Origin: an uncultured virus (IMG/VR IMGVR_UViG_3300047440_000469)
Taxonomy: Duplodnaviria > Heunggongvirae > Uroviricota > Caudoviricetes
Virus record (IMG/VR): IMGVR_UViG_3300047440_000469
Length of the DNA stretch: 64,000 nucleotides
Strand: one strand, 5' to 3'
Numbering within the stretch: position 1 is the first letter of the stretch; the number at the start of each line of letters is the position of its first letter. The translations under genes and the position numbers were made by a program. The notes under the pieces are model-generated. The model did not search any database. It had not been told where the DNA came from and worked only from the letters and a program-made list of their open reading frames with translations. This document shows positions 26,571 through 36,094 of this stretch, one piece after another.

Positions 26571-26795
26571 GAGATCACCATTGGCGAGCATGTGGGCGGC
26601 AGCGCCAGCGCCAGCGCGATCGCGGCGGCGAAAGCAAGCACGATCCAGCCGTAATTCATGATTTGCCTCGGATAACGATGATGACGACAGCCGCCAAGAA
26701 GGTGACGAGGATGACGAAGGCGATCGTCACGCGAATGTTTGAGCCCGCCACCACGGCGAGGATGGTGGCGACTGCGGCGACGAGGGCGATGGGGG

Positions 26796-28820
26796 TTACT
26801 TTCGGCGTCCCTCGATGATCGTGCCGCCTTCGCGGCCCGGGATGGGGAGCGATTGCGCCGTGCGGCCGGACACGGTCGGCGCCGAACGCTTGCCGCCGAT
26901 CTCTCCGCCGATGCGCTGGCCGTGCACGTGGTGCGCCAGCCTGTCGTCGCCGGCCGGGAAATCGAAGATGGCGCGGGAGAATGCCGGACCGGCGCCGCAC
27001 AGTGGTTGCGCCGTGAGCGCGAACTGCCTGGTCAGCACCGGCAGCTCGATGGCGGGAGCGCCCGCCACGATCTCCTGCGCCGTCAGGCGATGGCGCTGGG
27101 CCAGCAGCGGCGCGCCGATCGCTGGCGCCTCGGTCACCAAGTCGGCGGAGAATAGCCAGCCGGCCGGGACAATTCTCGGGCTCGGCAGGTGCGGCGCGCC
27201 CGCGATCAGGTCGGCGATGGTCAGGCGATGGATTTGCGCCAGGCCGGGGGCGCCGATGACAGGTGCGGCAGGCGCGAGCGGGCTCGCCGTGGCGTTGTCG
27301 ACGGCGCGAGCGGCCGGCGATCCCAATACCGGCGCGCTCGCTGCAAGATTTGTCGCAGCGATCTGATGGGCCTGCCCAAATGCCGGCGCTTCGACAGATG
27401 GCGCTGAAACCGCGATGCCGCCGCCCGTGAGCCACGAAATTGCGCCCGCCCTTGGCGTGCCGATCACCGGCGCCGGGCTCACCAGCGAGGCCGCGGCGAG
27501 CCGCACGACTCCAACCAGCGCCGGGGCGCCCATCGCAGGGGCGGAGGTGGCCAACGCAGCACCGGGCAGCACATGGGCCTGACCGAGGGCCGGCGCACCC
27601 AACGAGGGCGGGGCGGTAGTCAGCCCGCCAGCCTCCGGAAGTGCATCGTCCCCGGTGGAGCTGATGACCGGGGCGTCCAGTACCGGGATCCCGGCCGCCA
27701 GGTCCGCCGCTGCCATGGCATGCACCTGCGCTGGCGCGGGCGCGCCAAGCACGGGCGCCGAGACCGCCAAAGGGATCGCAACCAGGCTTTTGGCAAGCGC
27801 AGGCGCGTCCAACACAGGCGCAGGCGACGTCAGCCCGGCGGTCGCAATCGCGTGCTTCTGGCCAAGCGCCGGAGCCCCGATCGCCGCCGCCGTTACGGTA
27901 AGCGCAGCGCCCGTGAGCACATATCCGCCGCCAGGAACGCCGAGCGTGGGAGCCGGCACCGCAAGCGCCGTTGCCGCGAGTACCTGCTTTTGTGTCAGTG
28001 CCGGAGCACCCAGCGCCGGTGCGCCTGCCGCCACGGCCGCCGCCGGCAAAGTATGGACCTGCCCCAGCGCGGGTGCACCCAGGCTCGGCGCCGTCGCGGC
28101 GAGAGCGGCCGCGGCCAGGACCTGGCCCAAGGCCGGGGCGCCGAGGACGGGTGCGCCGGCCGCGACCGCCGCTCCCGCCATGACGGCGGCCTTGAAGAAC
28201 GTGCAGGTACCGAGCACCGCCTGCGTTGGATTTGCGGCAGCGTCGAAATTTGGCGTGACTGACGTGGTCGCGGCGACGACCTGGTAGCCGATCGCGCATT
28301 TCGTCGTGGTCGAATAAGGTTCGTCGATGGCCAGCAGGTTGGGCGAGATCGCCGTCCACACCGTCCCGTAGTTGGCGGTGCCCCAGGCAATGACCAGTTC
28401 TGCGGCCTGGCTCAGCGTGCCGGTAGCCGGGCAGGCATAGGGTGTCGCCACATCGCTGGTCTTGTTGGCGATGTTCTTGTCGATCGGCCCCACTGGGCCG
28501 GTAAAGACGGCGGCGGCGCAGGCGACGTCATGGCTGCCGCCGGTGGCCGCAAAGTGCGCTGCGGTGAGCGTGCCGGCGACCGTGGCGATCGAATAATAAG
28601 CCTTGCCGGTGGCGGTGCCGGCGTCGGTGCCGACGTTCTGCGCCGTGTAGGTATTGCCGAGATTGTCAGTAACGGTGCCAGCGGTGATGGATGTGACTTC
28701 GGCGATCACCGCGAAGATGAGGTCGCCGATCGCGACCGCCACCGACCCGGCGGCGTCCATAGGATTGGTGATCGAGGCTGATGCCCCGACCAGCGTGCCC
28801 TTGAGGTCGCCGAAGGCCAT
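26796..28820 (-). CDS. Fibre-like virion protein: N-terminal beta domain plus ~17-18 repeats of ~23 aa
   Basis: Repeat consensus LxAxxLAxxAPxLGAPALxQxH over about 26970-28181. Confidence 0.75.
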   Translation of the reverse strand: MAFGDLKGTLVGASASITNPMDAAGSVAVAIGDLIFAVIAEVTSITAGTVTDNLGNTYTAQNVGTDAGTATGKAYYSIATVAGTLTAAHFAATGGSHDVACAAAVFTGPVGPIDKNIANKTSDVATPYACPATGTLSQAAELVIAWGTANYGTVWTAISPNLLAIDEPYSTTTKCAIGYQVVAATTSVTPNFDAAANPTQAVLGTCTFFKAAVMAGAAVAAGAPVLGAPALGQVLAAAALAATAPSLGAPALGQVHTLPAAAVAAGAPALGAPALTQKQVLAATALAVPAPTLGVPGGGYVLTGAALTVTAAAIGAPALGQKHAIATAGLTSPAPVLDAPALAKSLVAIPLAVSAPVLGAPAPAQVHAMAAADLAAGIPVLDAPVISSTGDDALPEAGGLTTAPPSLGAPALGQAHVLPGAALATSAPAMGAPALVGVVRLAAASLVSPAPVIGTPRAGAISWLTGGGIAVSAPSVEAPAFGQAHQIAATNLAASAPVLGSPAARAVDNATASPLAPAAPVIGAPGLAQIHRLTIADLIAGAPHLPSPRIVPAGWLFSADLVTEAPAIGAPLLAQRHRLTAQEIVAGAPAIELPVLTRQFALTAQPLCGAGPAFSRAIFDFPAGDDRLAHHVHGQRIGGEIGGKRSAPTVSGRTAQSLPIPGREGGTIIEGRRK

Positions 28821-28828
28821 CGGGATTT

Positions 28829-29032
28829 TTACCGCGTTGCGCTTACCAGCGCCGCCACATTGGTCGGCGCAATGCCGTCCTTTGCGGTTTCAAAAGCCGT
28901 CACCATCGCCTTGGCCATCGTCATCGCGGTCGCCTGGTCGGCGGCGATGTTGTTGCCGAGCCCGAACATCACCACGCCGGCATTGCCGGAGTTGCCGTGA
29001 TTGAAGGTGACCGCGAGCAGGTAGCCGGCCAT
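28829..29032 (-). CDS. Small hypothetical protein
   Basis: TGATG coupling to the upstream gene. Confidence 0.6.
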   Translation of the reverse strand: MAGYLLAVTFNHGNSGNAGVVMFGLGNNIAADQATAMTMAKAMVTAFETAKDGIAPTNVAALVSATR

Positions 29033-30984
29033 CAGGCGACCCAGGCATTCGCAAGCGCTGGCTCGCTCAGCGCCTTAAACTCTCTATCGTCAAGCGCCGC
29101 CGCAACCTCGTCGATGACGCTCGTCCAATCCCTGAATTTCGGCTGCCGGAAAATCCGCACCGATGGATACCAGATGGTGCGTTCGCCTTTGAGGCCCCAA
29201 CGCCAGTCGGGATCAAACGACAGCAACAGCCAGGTCGGAACCCCCATCGCGCCGGCAAGGTGCGCCATCGCGGTGTCGACTGTGATGACCAGGTCGAGAT
29301 TGGAAATCATGGCGGCGGTGTCGGCGAAGCTCTCGAACTGGCCGACCTGCCCGATGCTCACCAACGGGCCGTGCCGCCGGTGCAGCGGCGTAAACAAATC
29401 GGCGGGAATATCGCGCGTATAAGGCCGCTCGCTCATGAACGAGCCCTGGGTGCAGATGCCGATGCGGGCCGAGCCGAGCGGGCCCCAGACGCCGCAGATG
29501 TAGTTTCCCTTGCCCTGCCAGTTCTTCACCATCATCGGGTCGGCATGCAGATAGGGCCGATCGATGGCGATCATAGGCTCGTCGGCGCCGAGCACGGCCG
29601 CGGTCGACGGCAGCGAGCAATGCAGCTCATAGTCCGGCAGGTCGCGGCCAAGCCGAAACAGCAAGCCGGAAGGCGCGATGCCGGAATGCGCAAACAGTTC
29701 GTAGAGCTGCGGCTGCACCTCGAGGAACGCATTGGGGGCGCGCTCGCGCACGAAGCGGAAGAATCGCGCGAACATGATGGCGTCGCCGAAACCCTGTTCG
29801 TTCCAGATCAGCAGCGGCTTGTCGGTCGGGCTGCCGTCCCATTTCGGCACCGGGTGGGTGCGGTGGCCGCCGAATTGGCGCGGGTTCTTCTGCTTGTAGC
29901 GCAGTTCATAGCCCGGCCAGCCGTCCCGCCAGTTGCCCCGCTGCAGATCCCACAGCGCTTTGATACCGAGGCTCGGCACATGGCAAGGGTCGCGCCGCAG
30001 GTTCTCGGCCAATGCGTCCTCGGCGAGGTCCTGGCGCTGCATCAGGTTCTCATAGTGGGCGACCAGCCAGCGCGCATCGAGATCGTCCGGATTACTCTCG
30101 ACGTAGCGGGAAAAGCGCGCAATCTCACGGTCGAACATCAGATCGTCGTCGCGAATGTCGGATACTTCGTCGAGCGCCACCACTTCGATGCCACGCTCCT
30201 CCGGAACGCACACCATCATGATCGACACGGTGGCGCCGAACATGTTGGTGGTCTTGCCGGCGAAATTGTCGGGATTGAACAGCGGCGGCCGGTGCCAATA
30301 GAGCCGGTAGCCCATTTCGACGATGGCGGCGATGAGAGCGGCCATCTTGTCCTGGCGGTCGTTCTCGCAATAGATGATCGGGCGCAGCCGCATGACAGTC
30401 TCGCGCGCGCCGCGCAGCAGCTCGCGCTCGTGGCCGTCGACGTCGATCTTCATGAATGAGAGCTTGTCGAGCGCCAGCGAGTCGATGGTCATGGCGCGCA
30501 CCCGGATCGGGTTGCTGCCGCCCTGGCCGACCAGCAGCGCGCCGGGCACGGTGCCTTCGCCCGACCCCTCGATGGTGCCGTTCATCTCGCCCGCGGCCGC
30601 CTCGAACACTTCGACATTACGGCAATCGTTCTGCGCCAGGTTGAGGCGCAACAGCTCGGCCGCCTGCGGCGACGGCTCGAACGCGATCACTCGCCCCTCG
30701 GGTCCCACCAGTCGCGACATCGGCACCGTGAATGCCCCAATGTTGGCGCCGGCGTCGATCACGGTCTGGCCTTCCCGCAGGCAGTATTCGAGCACGCGGA
30801 CTTCCTGCTCGCTGTATTCGCCGTAAGTCGAGAGCGAAACCCCGACATAATCGTCGCCGTCGACATGGGTGAAAGTGCCGTGGCGGCACTTCGAGGTCGC
30901 GATCTTCATCGAAGCCGTTGGCCTGGGTGGGTTCACGGTGAGGGCGGGTGCGCCGATTTCCGGCATTTTCATCGAGAGGTCCAT
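29032..30984 (-). CDS. FkbM methyltransferase + TPR-like + GT9-like glycosyltransferase fusion
   Basis: IDAGANIGAFT, FEPS, KIDVDGHE; EQGFGDAIMFARF; LDLVITVDTAMAHLAGAMG...DWRW. Confidence 0.9.
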   Translation of the reverse strand: MDLSMKMPEIGAPALTVNPPRPTASMKIATSKCRHGTFTHVDGDDYVGVSLSTYGEYSEQEVRVLEYCLREGQTVIDAGANIGAFTVPMSRLVGPEGRVIAFEPSPQAAELLRLNLAQNDCRNVEVFEAAAGEMNGTIEGSGEGTVPGALLVGQGGSNPIRVRAMTIDSLALDKLSFMKIDVDGHERELLRGARETVMRLRPIIYCENDRQDKMAALIAAIVEMGYRLYWHRPPLFNPDNFAGKTTNMFGATVSIMMVCVPEERGIEVVALDEVSDIRDDDLMFDREIARFSRYVESNPDDLDARWLVAHYENLMQRQDLAEDALAENLRRDPCHVPSLGIKALWDLQRGNWRDGWPGYELRYKQKNPRQFGGHRTHPVPKWDGSPTDKPLLIWNEQGFGDAIMFARFFRFVRERAPNAFLEVQPQLYELFAHSGIAPSGLLFRLGRDLPDYELHCSLPSTAAVLGADEPMIAIDRPYLHADPMMVKNWQGKGNYICGVWGPLGSARIGICTQGSFMSERPYTRDIPADLFTPLHRRHGPLVSIGQVGQFESFADTAAMISNLDLVITVDTAMAHLAGAMGVPTWLLLSFDPDWRWGLKGERTIWYPSVRIFRQPKFRDWTSVIDEVAAALDDREFKALSEPALANAWVA

Positions 30985-31020
30985 TTTGTCCCGAGAGTTT
31001 GAGAGAGTTTGAGGTGAAAC

Positions 31021-31398
31021 CTATTGGCTAGGAATTTTTATGGCAAATTGTGCGAGCGTGAAGGTGTTCCCAGAAGTCACCACCTGGGTCGCGCTCAGCG
31101 AGCCGTGCGCATGGAGAGAACCAGCGGCGCCGGCAGCCCACCAGGCGGCGGTGCCGGTGGTGGTGATGGTGCCGTCCGAGATTTGCGTCGAGAGCACCTG
31201 CCGGCCGTTGGGGGTTCCGGCAGCCGGCGAGCCGAACGCCGAGCCGGCGCCGAAGCTCTTGAAGCCGAGCAGGCCGGAAGTCGCCGCGATTGCGATGCTG
31301 GTGGGTTCGTCCTTGCAGATCCAGATGTAGCTGGATTCCGCATCGAGGACATTGAGACCGAGATCGAGTACGCGGTCTTCAAGTGACGGGCCCGCCAT
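31021..31398 (-). CDS. Small Ser/Thr/Gly-rich beta-sandwich virion/fibre subunit
   Basis: DRVLDLGL...DGTITTTGTAAWWA...LSATQVVTSGNTFTL. Confidence 0.7.
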   Translation of the reverse strand: MAGPSLEDRVLDLGLNVLDAESSYIWICKDEPTSIAIAATSGLLGFKSFGAGSAFGSPAAGTPNGRQVLSTQISDGTITTTGTAAWWAAGAAGSLHAHGSLSATQVVTSGNTFTLAQFAIKIPSQ

Positions 31399-31521
31399 TG
31401 GGTTATCCTTTCATTTTGTGAGTTTGAGGTCCCGGCCCGCCTATCTCTGGTAAAGGTGAAGCGGGCCGGGGTTTATCGTTCCGATCCAAAAAGGGGGACA
31501 AAGGATGGAACGATCTGCCGA

Positions 31522-31917
31522 TCACAATGGCGCAAGCGCCTGAATGCGCCCGCCGATCTGGGTGGTGACGAGGCCGGAGAGGGGAAAGACGACGCGCACC
31601 TGGTCGCGATAGTAGCCCGGTGCAAAGTCGCCGCTGTTCGGGCTCGGCGTCTCGGCGGAAGCCTTGCCGGGGATGACCACCTGGCAGACGCCGGCCTGCG
31701 GATCGCCGATGACGGTGACGCCTTGCCCGATGGTCGCGGTGAACACGACCTCGGGCTCCTGGTCCAGCGTATCGGCGGTCGCGAGCTTCCACTCGATCTC
31801 TGCATCGGTGAGGTCGAGCGGCGTGATGCCATCGGCCTGATGGCACGCGAACCTGATCTCCCACGTATCGCCGGCATAGAACTGCAGCGGCTCGTGGATG
31901 GCGACGCCGTTGCTCAT
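31522..31917 (-). CDS. BppU N-terminal-like adaptor protein
   Basis: YAGDTWEIRF...PLDLTDA...GYYRDQVRV...GRIQ. Confidence 0.6.
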   Translation of the reverse strand: MSNGVAIHEPLQFYAGDTWEIRFACHQADGITPLDLTDAEIEWKLATADTLDQEPEVVFTATIGQGVTVIGDPQAGVCQVVIPGKASAETPSPNSGDFAPGYYRDQVRVVFPLSGLVTTQIGGRIQALAPL

Positions 31918-31928
31918 CGCTCATGGCC

Positions 31929-32207
31929 TCACGGGGGCGGTGCGTAGATCAGCACTTCTTCGGGCGTTTTCGTGATGGCAGCGATCAGCGCGCGGTTCTG
32001 CGCCGTATCATTGGTCGCGATCGGCGCATCGGTGAAATCAGCCGCGATAATCTTGCCGGGCGGCACCGTCGGCCATGACCAGAACGGATGACCGACGCCA
32101 GGATGAGTCTTGACGAGAGTTTCTGCCGTGCCGGCGGCGGTCGTGTAGGAGCGCAGCACCTCCTCGCCGTTGAAGATTTCTTCGCATATCACCTTGGCCA
32201 TGGCCAT
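31929..32207 (-). CDS. Hypothetical protein
   Basis: GGGAGA SD; in the tail operon. Confidence 0.55.
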   Translation of the reverse strand: MAMAKVICEEIFNGEEVLRSYTTAAGTAETLVKTHPGVGHPFWSWPTVPPGKIIAADFTDAPIATNDTAQNRALIAAITKTPEEVLIYAPPP

Positions 32208-32233
32208 GTCGCTTTCTCCCCTGTTGGGGTTTT

Positions 32234-32839
32234 TCACACGCGGTAAACTTGCACTGTGAATTGCATTGCATCGGTCAACGTGCCGCCGGGGGCGTCGCGT
32301 GCCTCGATCGACAGATAATCGGTCGCTTTTTCGCTGATTGTCATGGAAGCGGCGCCGCCGATGATGACGGCCAGATAATCGGTGTCGGCCTGCGGTTCGA
32401 AGAAAACCAGCATGTATTGACCGACGTCGATATAAATCGCCGCGAGATTATAGCTGGCATCGACCGCAGAAATATCGCCGTCCGCCACCATCAGATTGAA
32501 AGCTGCCGCGATCAATATGGGCGCGGTAAATGCTGCATCAGGCGACGGCGGTGGCGGCGGCGCTTCATTGCGCGCAGCCTGCGCGGCCAGCAGCGTGTCG
32601 ATTGCCGCAATGGCGCGATTGCCGAAGTCCCAATTGAGCGCGCCACCGGCAATGACGCTGTTGCCATCGGTAAAGGAATGCACCACGCCGGCTTCGTAGT
32701 AGCGGCCGATCGCGCCAGCCGGCAGTGCCGGTTCGGCCTCGCCGAAGTCGAGCGCGAAGTTCGCGACCGTGTCGCTATATATCGCGTGGTCGGTGCCGAT
32801 GAAGACGTGGCCGTCAGGATGGTGCTGGAAAATACCCAT
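32234..32839 (-). CDS. Tail fibre-associated protein
   Basis: TGATG-coupled; C-terminal small beta domain GQYMLVF...DYLAV. Confidence 0.6.
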   Translation of the reverse strand: MGIFQHHPDGHVFIGTDHAIYSDTVANFALDFGEAEPALPAGAIGRYYEAGVVHSFTDGNSVIAGGALNWDFGNRAIAAIDTLLAAQAARNEAPPPPPSPDAAFTAPILIAAAFNLMVADGDISAVDASYNLAAIYIDVGQYMLVFFEPQADTDYLAVIIGGAASMTISEKATDYLSIEARDAPGGTLTDAMQFTVQVYRV

Positions 32840-33702
32840 CAGAGTTTCACGGTGACATTGAAGAAGGTGGTCGGCTGCATCACGTTGGCGGCGGCGCCGG
32901 AACCGCTCGACCCGGTGCGCACGCCGCTATCTCCCGGGGTTGCATTGCCGCTCGCCTTGACGAGCCGGTTGGAGGTGGCGCCGCTGCTGTCCACATTCTC
33001 GGCATGATCGTGCGCTGCCAGTTCCGTCGTGGTCTGTGCGTGCTTTTCCTCACCGACCGTGGCGCCGAGGGCGCGCGCCGTGAGGCCGGAGCCCGCTCCG
33101 GCCACCGCGAGTGCGCGGCCGAGCGCCTTGGGTAGGGCGATGCGGCATTTGTTGCCCCACGCCATTGCGGCACTGCCTTGTGCGCCCCGGGTAGTGGCGC
33201 CGCCGGCCGAAGTCGTCAGCGGCACGTCAGCGTCGGCAAGGCCATAGAGCAGCACGAACAGGTCGTGGGTGTCGGGGTCGGCGCGATTGCTGGCGCCCGA
33301 TCCGGCGTCGCCGAGCGTACCGTCGTCCATCATGATCCAGCCAGTCTCAGCCGAGGCCTGCATGGTCAGCTTGGCGTCGCCGGTGCGCCAATCGCCTCCC
33401 GACAGTTCGTGCCAGTTTGCGGCGGCGTCGGCGAGAAACAGCGTGAGCTCGTTCGGCCGCGCCGTGCGGCTGACGCCGCCGCGCAGCAGCAAGGCGGCCG
33501 AGTTGACCAGCGGCGTCGCGTCGGCAAACAGCACGAAACGGAACTTGTTCGCCGCCGTGCCGAAACTGTCGACCGGGTCGGTGCCCTGCAGCAGGATCAG
33601 GTTGCCATCGGGGGCGCCGAGATCGACCGTGCCGCTCGGGTCGGTCGCAACCACGAGGCCTGGCGCGAAACTCAGCGCACAGGCAAACGGGATGTCGGGC
33701 AT
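32839..33702 (-). CDS. Tail collar/short-fibre-like protein
   Basis: TGDAK...GWIMMDDGT, GEEKHAQTTTELAAHDH, NVMQPT. Confidence 0.72.
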   Translation of the reverse strand: MPDIPFACALSFAPGLVVATDPSGTVDLGAPDGNLILLQGTDPVDSFGTAANKFRFVLFADATPLVNSAALLLRGGVSRTARPNELTLFLADAAANWHELSGGDWRTGDAKLTMQASAETGWIMMDDGTLGDAGSGASNRADPDTHDLFVLLYGLADADVPLTTSAGGATTRGAQGSAAMAWGNKCRIALPKALGRALAVAGAGSGLTARALGATVGEEKHAQTTTELAAHDHAENVDSSGATSNRLVKASGNATPGDSGVRTGSSGSGAAANVMQPTTFFNVTVKL

Positions 33703-34220
33703 CAGATGATGGCGGCGAACTGCGCGTCGACCGCGTCCCAGGTCGAGATCGTCCCGGTATTGATGGCAGCCACGGCCCGAGCCTCGGCCGCGTAGCATGC
33801 CTGCACGTGGGCGACCACGCCGGCATGGATCGCGGTCATCTGCGCACCATCGACGGTGACGAACTTGCCGTCGGCGGTCTTGAACGTCGTCGTCGCCAGC
33901 GCCAAGGAATCGAAAGCCTGCTTGAGCTGCGCAATCCTGGCCTGCGACGCATCGTCGGTCGCGACGGGAATGCGGTCGACCACGGCGCCGCCGGTCGCGG
34001 TCAGCCAGCGCTTGTTGGCGGCATAGGCGAGCAACAGCGCATTGGTCGGCGCCGGGGCCTTGTATATCTGCACGTGGGGGTCGGACGGATTGGCCACGTC
34101 AAGCTTTGTTCCATCCGGCGCCGGAATGACCCGCACACCGCCGCCATAGGCTTTCGGGCCGATGACCTGATCATCGCGATGAATGGCAAATACCAGATCG
34201 TTCCTGCAGTAGAGCAGCAT
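33702..34220 (-). CDS. DUF4376-like tail fibre assembly protein
   Basis: YAANKRW...GG...VATDDASQARI...HVQACYAAE. Confidence 0.72.
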   Translation of the reverse strand: MLLYCRNDLVFAIHRDDQVIGPKAYGGGVRVIPAPDGTKLDVANPSDPHVQIYKAPAPTNALLLAYAANKRWLTATGGAVVDRIPVATDDASQARIAQLKQAFDSLALATTTFKTADGKFVTVDGAQMTAIHAGVVAHVQACYAAEARAVAAINTGTISTWDAVDAQFAAII

Positions 34221-34221
34221 C

Positions 34222-36081
34222 TTATGCCTCGTGGATCACAATCGAGTTGTAGTTCCCGACGGTATTCGCCGTGGGGCTCATCGGCCCCACATTGGTGCAT
34301 CCATAGACGGTAACGCTTGCAGCGTAATTTGCGAAGGCGGTCGCGATGCCGTTGGCGTTGCCGCCGCTGCCAAAATCCAGAAAGTCCGCCTCTACTTTGC
34401 CCTCGTCCGTTGCCGCGACGCCGTAGAGGCCATTTTTCCAGATGCGACCGGAATTCGGCGTCATGATTGTCTGTGCGCCATCGGAAAAGACGCCGCAGCT
34501 GCCGTTGCATTCACAGAAAAAGTTGCCGCTCCAAATCGCGTTGACGCAGCCGACCAGTGCCTCCATTCCATTACTCGCGTTGGACAGGACAAGAACTGCC
34601 GAGGTTCCTGCCATCGGCGGCCCGCATGTGCCGTTGCGAGGATCGCCAGCGAAGAAAACGCCGCCAGCATTGCTGTGAATGCCGTCCATGCTGTTACCAA
34701 GGCATACTACCGTTCCGGCGTTTATCACCTGCACGGTCGCACCCTGGCCGATTTCCAGACCGTGCCGGCCAGCACCGACAGCAGCGATTCCGTTCGGGCT
34801 GCCGAAGTTGGAGACAAGTGCGGGACCATAGGTCCGGATCGCACTCACATCCGAACCGTCCGATGTCGCCAGGATGCCGTCGATCTTGCCGAGATTGCCG
34901 CGGATATCGAATGAGGCGCCGTTGGTGAAGCGCAGTTCGGTGGCGAACTTGGTGCGCAGCATCGTCAGGTTCGTCGAGGTATTCGATGAGCGCGACCCCG
35001 AACTGTTGCCGGTCAGCGCATAACCCGCGTCCGTTGCCGGCAGGCTAGCCGACATGGTCGCGCCCACGATCTCGATGCGGTCGCCATTGGGGTGAATGAT
35101 GGTCGGCCCGGTGCCGTTGTAGATGAACTGCCCCGGCGCGATCAGCAGGGTCACCAGCCCGGCCGGCGTGATCTTGTATTTGCGCAGATACTCCATCGCG
35201 GTGTTGAGGTCGGCGAAATTGGCGCCGGCACCATGCACCGTGAAGGTCACATGCGTGTTGATGATGTCGGAGGTGACGCGGTTGGTGCCGAGTTGGTAGG
35301 CGGTGCCGTCAAATAGCATCCACAGAATCTGGCCGGCATTGCCGTCGCCGGTCTGAAGATCGGTCAGGTCGGAGCGCAGCACGCGGATCGGCGCGCCGCC
35401 GTTCACCGAAATGAAGGTCGGACCGGTGACGTTGTTGGCGAGCTTGACCAGCAGTTCGCCACCGTTGCCGCCGGCGACCAGCGCGCCGGTGATAGGGGGC
35501 GAGAAATTGGCGGTAATGGTGTTGGGCGTGACGCTCAAATCCACCGTATAGGGGATCGAGAGCGTGTAGGTGTTGATTTCCGTGCTGCTGCTGGTGAAGC
35601 CCTGAAAATTGGCGATCTGCCATTTGGTGCTGCCGTGATCGCAGACGAGCACAGCCACCTGGTTGGCGCGCAGGTCGCCTTCGACGAGTGCCGCCCCATT
35701 GGCGCGAACGATGTCGGCAAAGCCGGTGCCGTCGAAGTTGATCGCAGCCGGGCCGGTGATGTCGGCCGGGATCAGCACCCGCATCATGAGCCCCGGCCGG
35801 CGCTCCTGCAGCGGCGGGTCGGTGGTACACGACAGCGAATTCGGATTGTCGTCGACCATGACGGCTTCGACGTAATTCACGCCCTGCCGCACGGCGCGGG
35901 TGACCTGCTCAAGGTCATCGTCGGACGGGGTAAAGCCCGAATAAGCGATCAGCGATTGCAGCTCGCGCTGCGGTTCCTCAAACGCAGCGGCAGGCGGGAT
36001 TGAGCCCTGCCGGCCGATCGACGGATCGCCGTTGATGTATGGACTATCGGCAGGCGTTCCGTAAGGTTGCTGATATTTCAT
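34222..36081 (-). CDS. Tail fibre/tailspike protein
   Basis: MKYQQPYG...PAAAFEEPQREL baseplate-binding N-terminus; beta-helix-like C-terminus. Confidence 0.8.
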   Translation of the reverse strand: MKYQQPYGTPADSPYINGDPSIGRQGSIPPAAAFEEPQRELQSLIAYSGFTPSDDDLEQVTRAVRQGVNYVEAVMVDDNPNSLSCTTDPPLQERRPGLMMRVLIPADITGPAAINFDGTGFADIVRANGAALVEGDLRANQVAVLVCDHGSTKWQIANFQGFTSSSTEINTYTLSIPYTVDLSVTPNTITANFSPPITGALVAGGNGGELLVKLANNVTGPTFISVNGGAPIRVLRSDLTDLQTGDGNAGQILWMLFDGTAYQLGTNRVTSDIINTHVTFTVHGAGANFADLNTAMEYLRKYKITPAGLVTLLIAPGQFIYNGTGPTIIHPNGDRIEIVGATMSASLPATDAGYALTGNSSGSRSSNTSTNLTMLRTKFATELRFTNGASFDIRGNLGKIDGILATSDGSDVSAIRTYGPALVSNFGSPNGIAAVGAGRHGLEIGQGATVQVINAGTVVCLGNSMDGIHSNAGGVFFAGDPRNGTCGPPMAGTSAVLVLSNASNGMEALVGCVNAIWSGNFFCECNGSCGVFSDGAQTIMTPNSGRIWKNGLYGVAATDEGKVEADFLDFGSGGNANGIATAFANYAASVTVYGCTNVGPMSPTANTVGNYNSIVIHEA

Positions 36082-36094
36082 TGATGAACCTCGG

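Noticed and set aside
26656..28359. 567-aa alternative-frame ORF and many other long overlapping ORFs in the track
   Set aside because: Arg/Gly/Pro-rich shadows of high-GC genes; only the hydrophobic last ~45 codons might be a small membrane gene, and it lacks a clear start.
30993..31013. Short tandem repeat GAGAGTTTGA x2
   Set aside because: Two 10-bp copies only; no supportable function.
34222..36081. Diversity-generating retroelement or invertible fibre cassette
   Set aside because: No reverse transcriptase, invertase or template/variable repeat pair seen in the window.
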